A stretch of 64,000 nt of DNA from Guillardia theta CCMP2712 (taxonomy: Eukaryota > Protista > Cryptophyta). Location: positions 1 through 64,000 of the forward strand of contig NW_005434663.1 in NCBI RefSeq assembly GCF_000315625.1, written 5' to 3'. Within the stretch, counting starts at the first letter, position 1; each line of letters begins with the position of its first letter. The position numbers and the translations under genes were made by a program. The notes under the pieces are model-generated. The model made no database searches, had not been told where the DNA came from, and saw only the letters and a program-made list of their open reading frames with translations. Below are positions 61,501 to 64,000 of this stretch, piece by piece.

Positions 61501-64000
61501 CGGACGAGGAGAGAAAGGAGAAGCCTTGGCCCTGCAAAGAGATCTGCATCATGGCGGAGATGAGGCGAGGATGGGAGAGGGAGGAGTCGAAGAAGAACAT
61601 TGTAGTCTCGTCGTCAAACACGCAGTGAGCATACAGACTCTTGACAACAGTGCTAATGACGTCATGAAAGATCGTATCCGACGTTCCGATCTCCTCGTAA
61701 TCGCGGACAGCACAAGTCAACGAGCGATCCATGAGCTGACTGACATGGACCAGGTTTGTCCTGGCAAGGTTGGCCGCCAGGTCGACAAGCCGGTTGGACT
61801 GAAGGGCCTCGCGCTCGACGACGACGACAGGACGAGGAGAGTCCAGGTTGAAGAAGTTGCTAACAGGTTCCATGTTGAGACGAGATGCGATGGTTCTGTT
61901 GAGGAAGACGAGGCGGTTGATCAAGAAGATAAACTGCATGTAGTCCTCGTTGAGATCCTGACGACACATGTCACAAACAGAAACACAACCTGACTCAAAG
62001 TTCCAACCATCACTGTAGGGTCGTTGCAGGACTCACTCAGACTCATCTTAACTCCCGTGGAGATCTCAGGCACAATTCCTTCTCGATTCCTGCAGATGCT
62101 GTAGTAGTGATGTATCTCAGACTGAGTCTTGGTGAACATGTCCCCATGGAAAGAGTTTCCTCCTCCTCCTCCTCCTCCTCCTCCTCCTCCTGTGGTGCTA
62201 TTCTCAGAATCCGCATCTTGATCCTCCTCCTCCTCCTGCATACAAATGCATCTCAGCCCAGCACAAACACTCACACTACAGACCTCAATGATTTGATCTG
62301 TGCTTGCAAAATTTGACATCTGACGAGCGTTGGGGGCGGAGTGGATGTGGTTGGGAAGGAACGTGTAGTCGATGGAGATGTAGTCAATCTCAAGTACAGA
62401 GTCGCCCACGAAATAGTTCACTTTCCTCGACTTCCGGTCTGAAGACTCTCTGTACAGATGTTTCGAGGTGACGGTGTTGAGGAACCTGACAGCAACTGAC
62501 AAACTTGATCAGCCCGTCAGAGAGATCGAAAACAAGATTCACCATCTCGGTCAGTAGAGGACGACAACTTGTCCATGAATGTTCTCTTGCTCTCATGGAG
62601 GAAAAGCTGGAACATCTCCCTCTTGTTACGGACCTCGGACATGGAGCACAGGCAGAGGCCCTGGCAGAGCTCAATCATGGCGGGGAGTTCGAACAAGTGG
62701 AGCTGATGGGAGCGAGAGGGTGGGAGGATGCTTCCTATTCCTTCCACTGTGAGCACGACGGTGCGGATGATGAGATCGAAACACTGCAAGACATCGGGGA
62801 GGGAGGAGAAGTGGGAGAAGTAAGGACGGAGGATCTTGTTTGCGATGGAGAGGAGGTCCTCGCGCGAGGGAGGCATCATGGCGATATTCACGAGCTGCAT
62901 CATCATCCTCCTTGCTGCTTCGTCTCGCTGAACTGAGCAGTTGATGTCGTCCTGCCATGTCGCAAACTTGTGCTGAAATGTCTCCCACGTCCCATGCTCT
63001 GTACCACACGTTACCAGCATCGCACTTGAAAGTTTCTCTCTCCCTCTTCCTTCCCATCTCCCACTGCGTCTTCCCCTCAGTCACCCCCTCCCCTCGTCCC
63101 TCCCGCTCTCCCTCTCCACCTCTTCTTCCATCCTTTCTTCTCTCCTTTCCCCTTTCAATTTCCCTGCCCTTCTCTTCCTCCCCCCCCCCCCCAAGCCTCT
63201 TTCTCCTCACCAGGGTCGCCAGCAGGAAGGGAGAAGGCAAGAGGCCCGCACGTGGGCCGCTGGCAGGACATGCACAGCACAAACGAGAGATTGACTAGCG
63301 GGATCGTCCTCCTCCTCCTCTGCTCGGGCGACAGCCCCGTCGTGTACATCCCGTGCTCGGTCGTGAGCTGCCGGAGGTACTCCCACACTGAGTCGCTCGT
63401 GGTCAAGGGAGCCAGGTGGAGGTCGTCGACGACGATCGTTCCTCTTCCGCGCCCGAGCGGGGACAGCGCTCCTGACGGCAGCGGCTTCAGCATGACCTCC
63501 AGCGTCTGGTGGATGTCAGAAGCCCGGGCGAAGGAGGAGCAACTCCAGTTGATCACTCCGCTCCCTTGCATCCTCCTCCCTGCCGTGATCTGATGGAGCA
63601 GCGAGGACTTACCCGAGGAAGAGGAGCCCATCAACAGAATCCCGTTGGGCTGCGACCAGCCCCCGTTCCCCTGGTCGTGATCATCGATAGGGGAGGAGGA
63701 GGAAGAGGACGTGGAAGAGGACGAGGAGGAGGACGAGGAAGGAGCCATTAGATTGATGATCATGGAGGCACAAACGTTCTCAGCGGTGGGGAAGAAGGTC
63801 TTGGACCGGCTGATAGCCCCGCATCCGAAGTTCTCAACCTCCTCCATCCCCATTGCGTTCCATCGGATCCACAGACCGCTGTCAAGGTCAAGGCCCCAGT
63901 CGAAGATGGTCGTCTCCTCCTCTCCCCCTCCTCCTGGCACCATGATGCTGGTCGAGTTCTTTAGAAAGTGTGTGAACCTCTTCCGCTGCTCCATGTCCCG
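54409..64000 (-). CDS. Divergent dynein heavy chain-like protein, AAA3 to C-terminus (multi-exon, continues off the right edge; 3' end approximate)
   Basis: LLMGSSSSGKSSLL, VDDLHL..EYLRQL, FLHESKRTFMDKL, coiled-coil stalk, PLVLDPHG.A.KWI, VHHDFRILL, IHKDFRLWL, LCIFHAILHER, YECPCF. Confidence 0.85.
58430..58553. repeat. (CAG/CAC)n intronic trinucleotide tract
   Basis: Direct reading. Confidence 0.9.

Overview
Eukaryotic nuclear DNA with short introns, almost certainly from a cryptophyte alga (Guillardia-like), judged from a nucleus-encoded phycoerythrin alpha subunit with tripartite targeting, an EsV-1-7 repeat protein and ~50-nt introns. The left 13.65 kb is a subtelomeric, head-to-tail array of minus-strand non-LTR retroelements separated by (CCCTAAA)n telomeric tracts. 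The main element (A, ~955-11120) has 20-bp 5' tandem repeats and an ORF1 joined by a TAATG stop-start to a frameshifted ORF2. ORF2 encodes a Ulp1/C48-like protease, AP endonuclease, RT, a degenerate RNase H, a CCHC knuckle and a PD-(D/E)xK restriction-like endonuclease, so it is a dual-endonuclease (Dualen/RandI-like) element. The last three domains lie in a 1027-codon frame (3081..1) that the ORF track misses. Beside it are ORF1-only relatives; one ends in AATAAA + (TAA)n joined directly to TAGGG(TTTAGGG)n. The rest of the window holds intron-containing genes: glutathione synthetase, a SPAG8-like ciliary protein, cpeA, malic enzyme, an EsV-1-7 protein, a BAZ/MBD9-like chromatin factor, OHCU decarboxylase, a TylF-like methyltransferase, a NEK kinase, a zinc-less alpha-carbonic anhydrase and a divergent dynein heavy chain, plus microsatellites. 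Boundaries of multi-exon genes are approximate, and all domain calls come from motif recognition by eye, not database searches.
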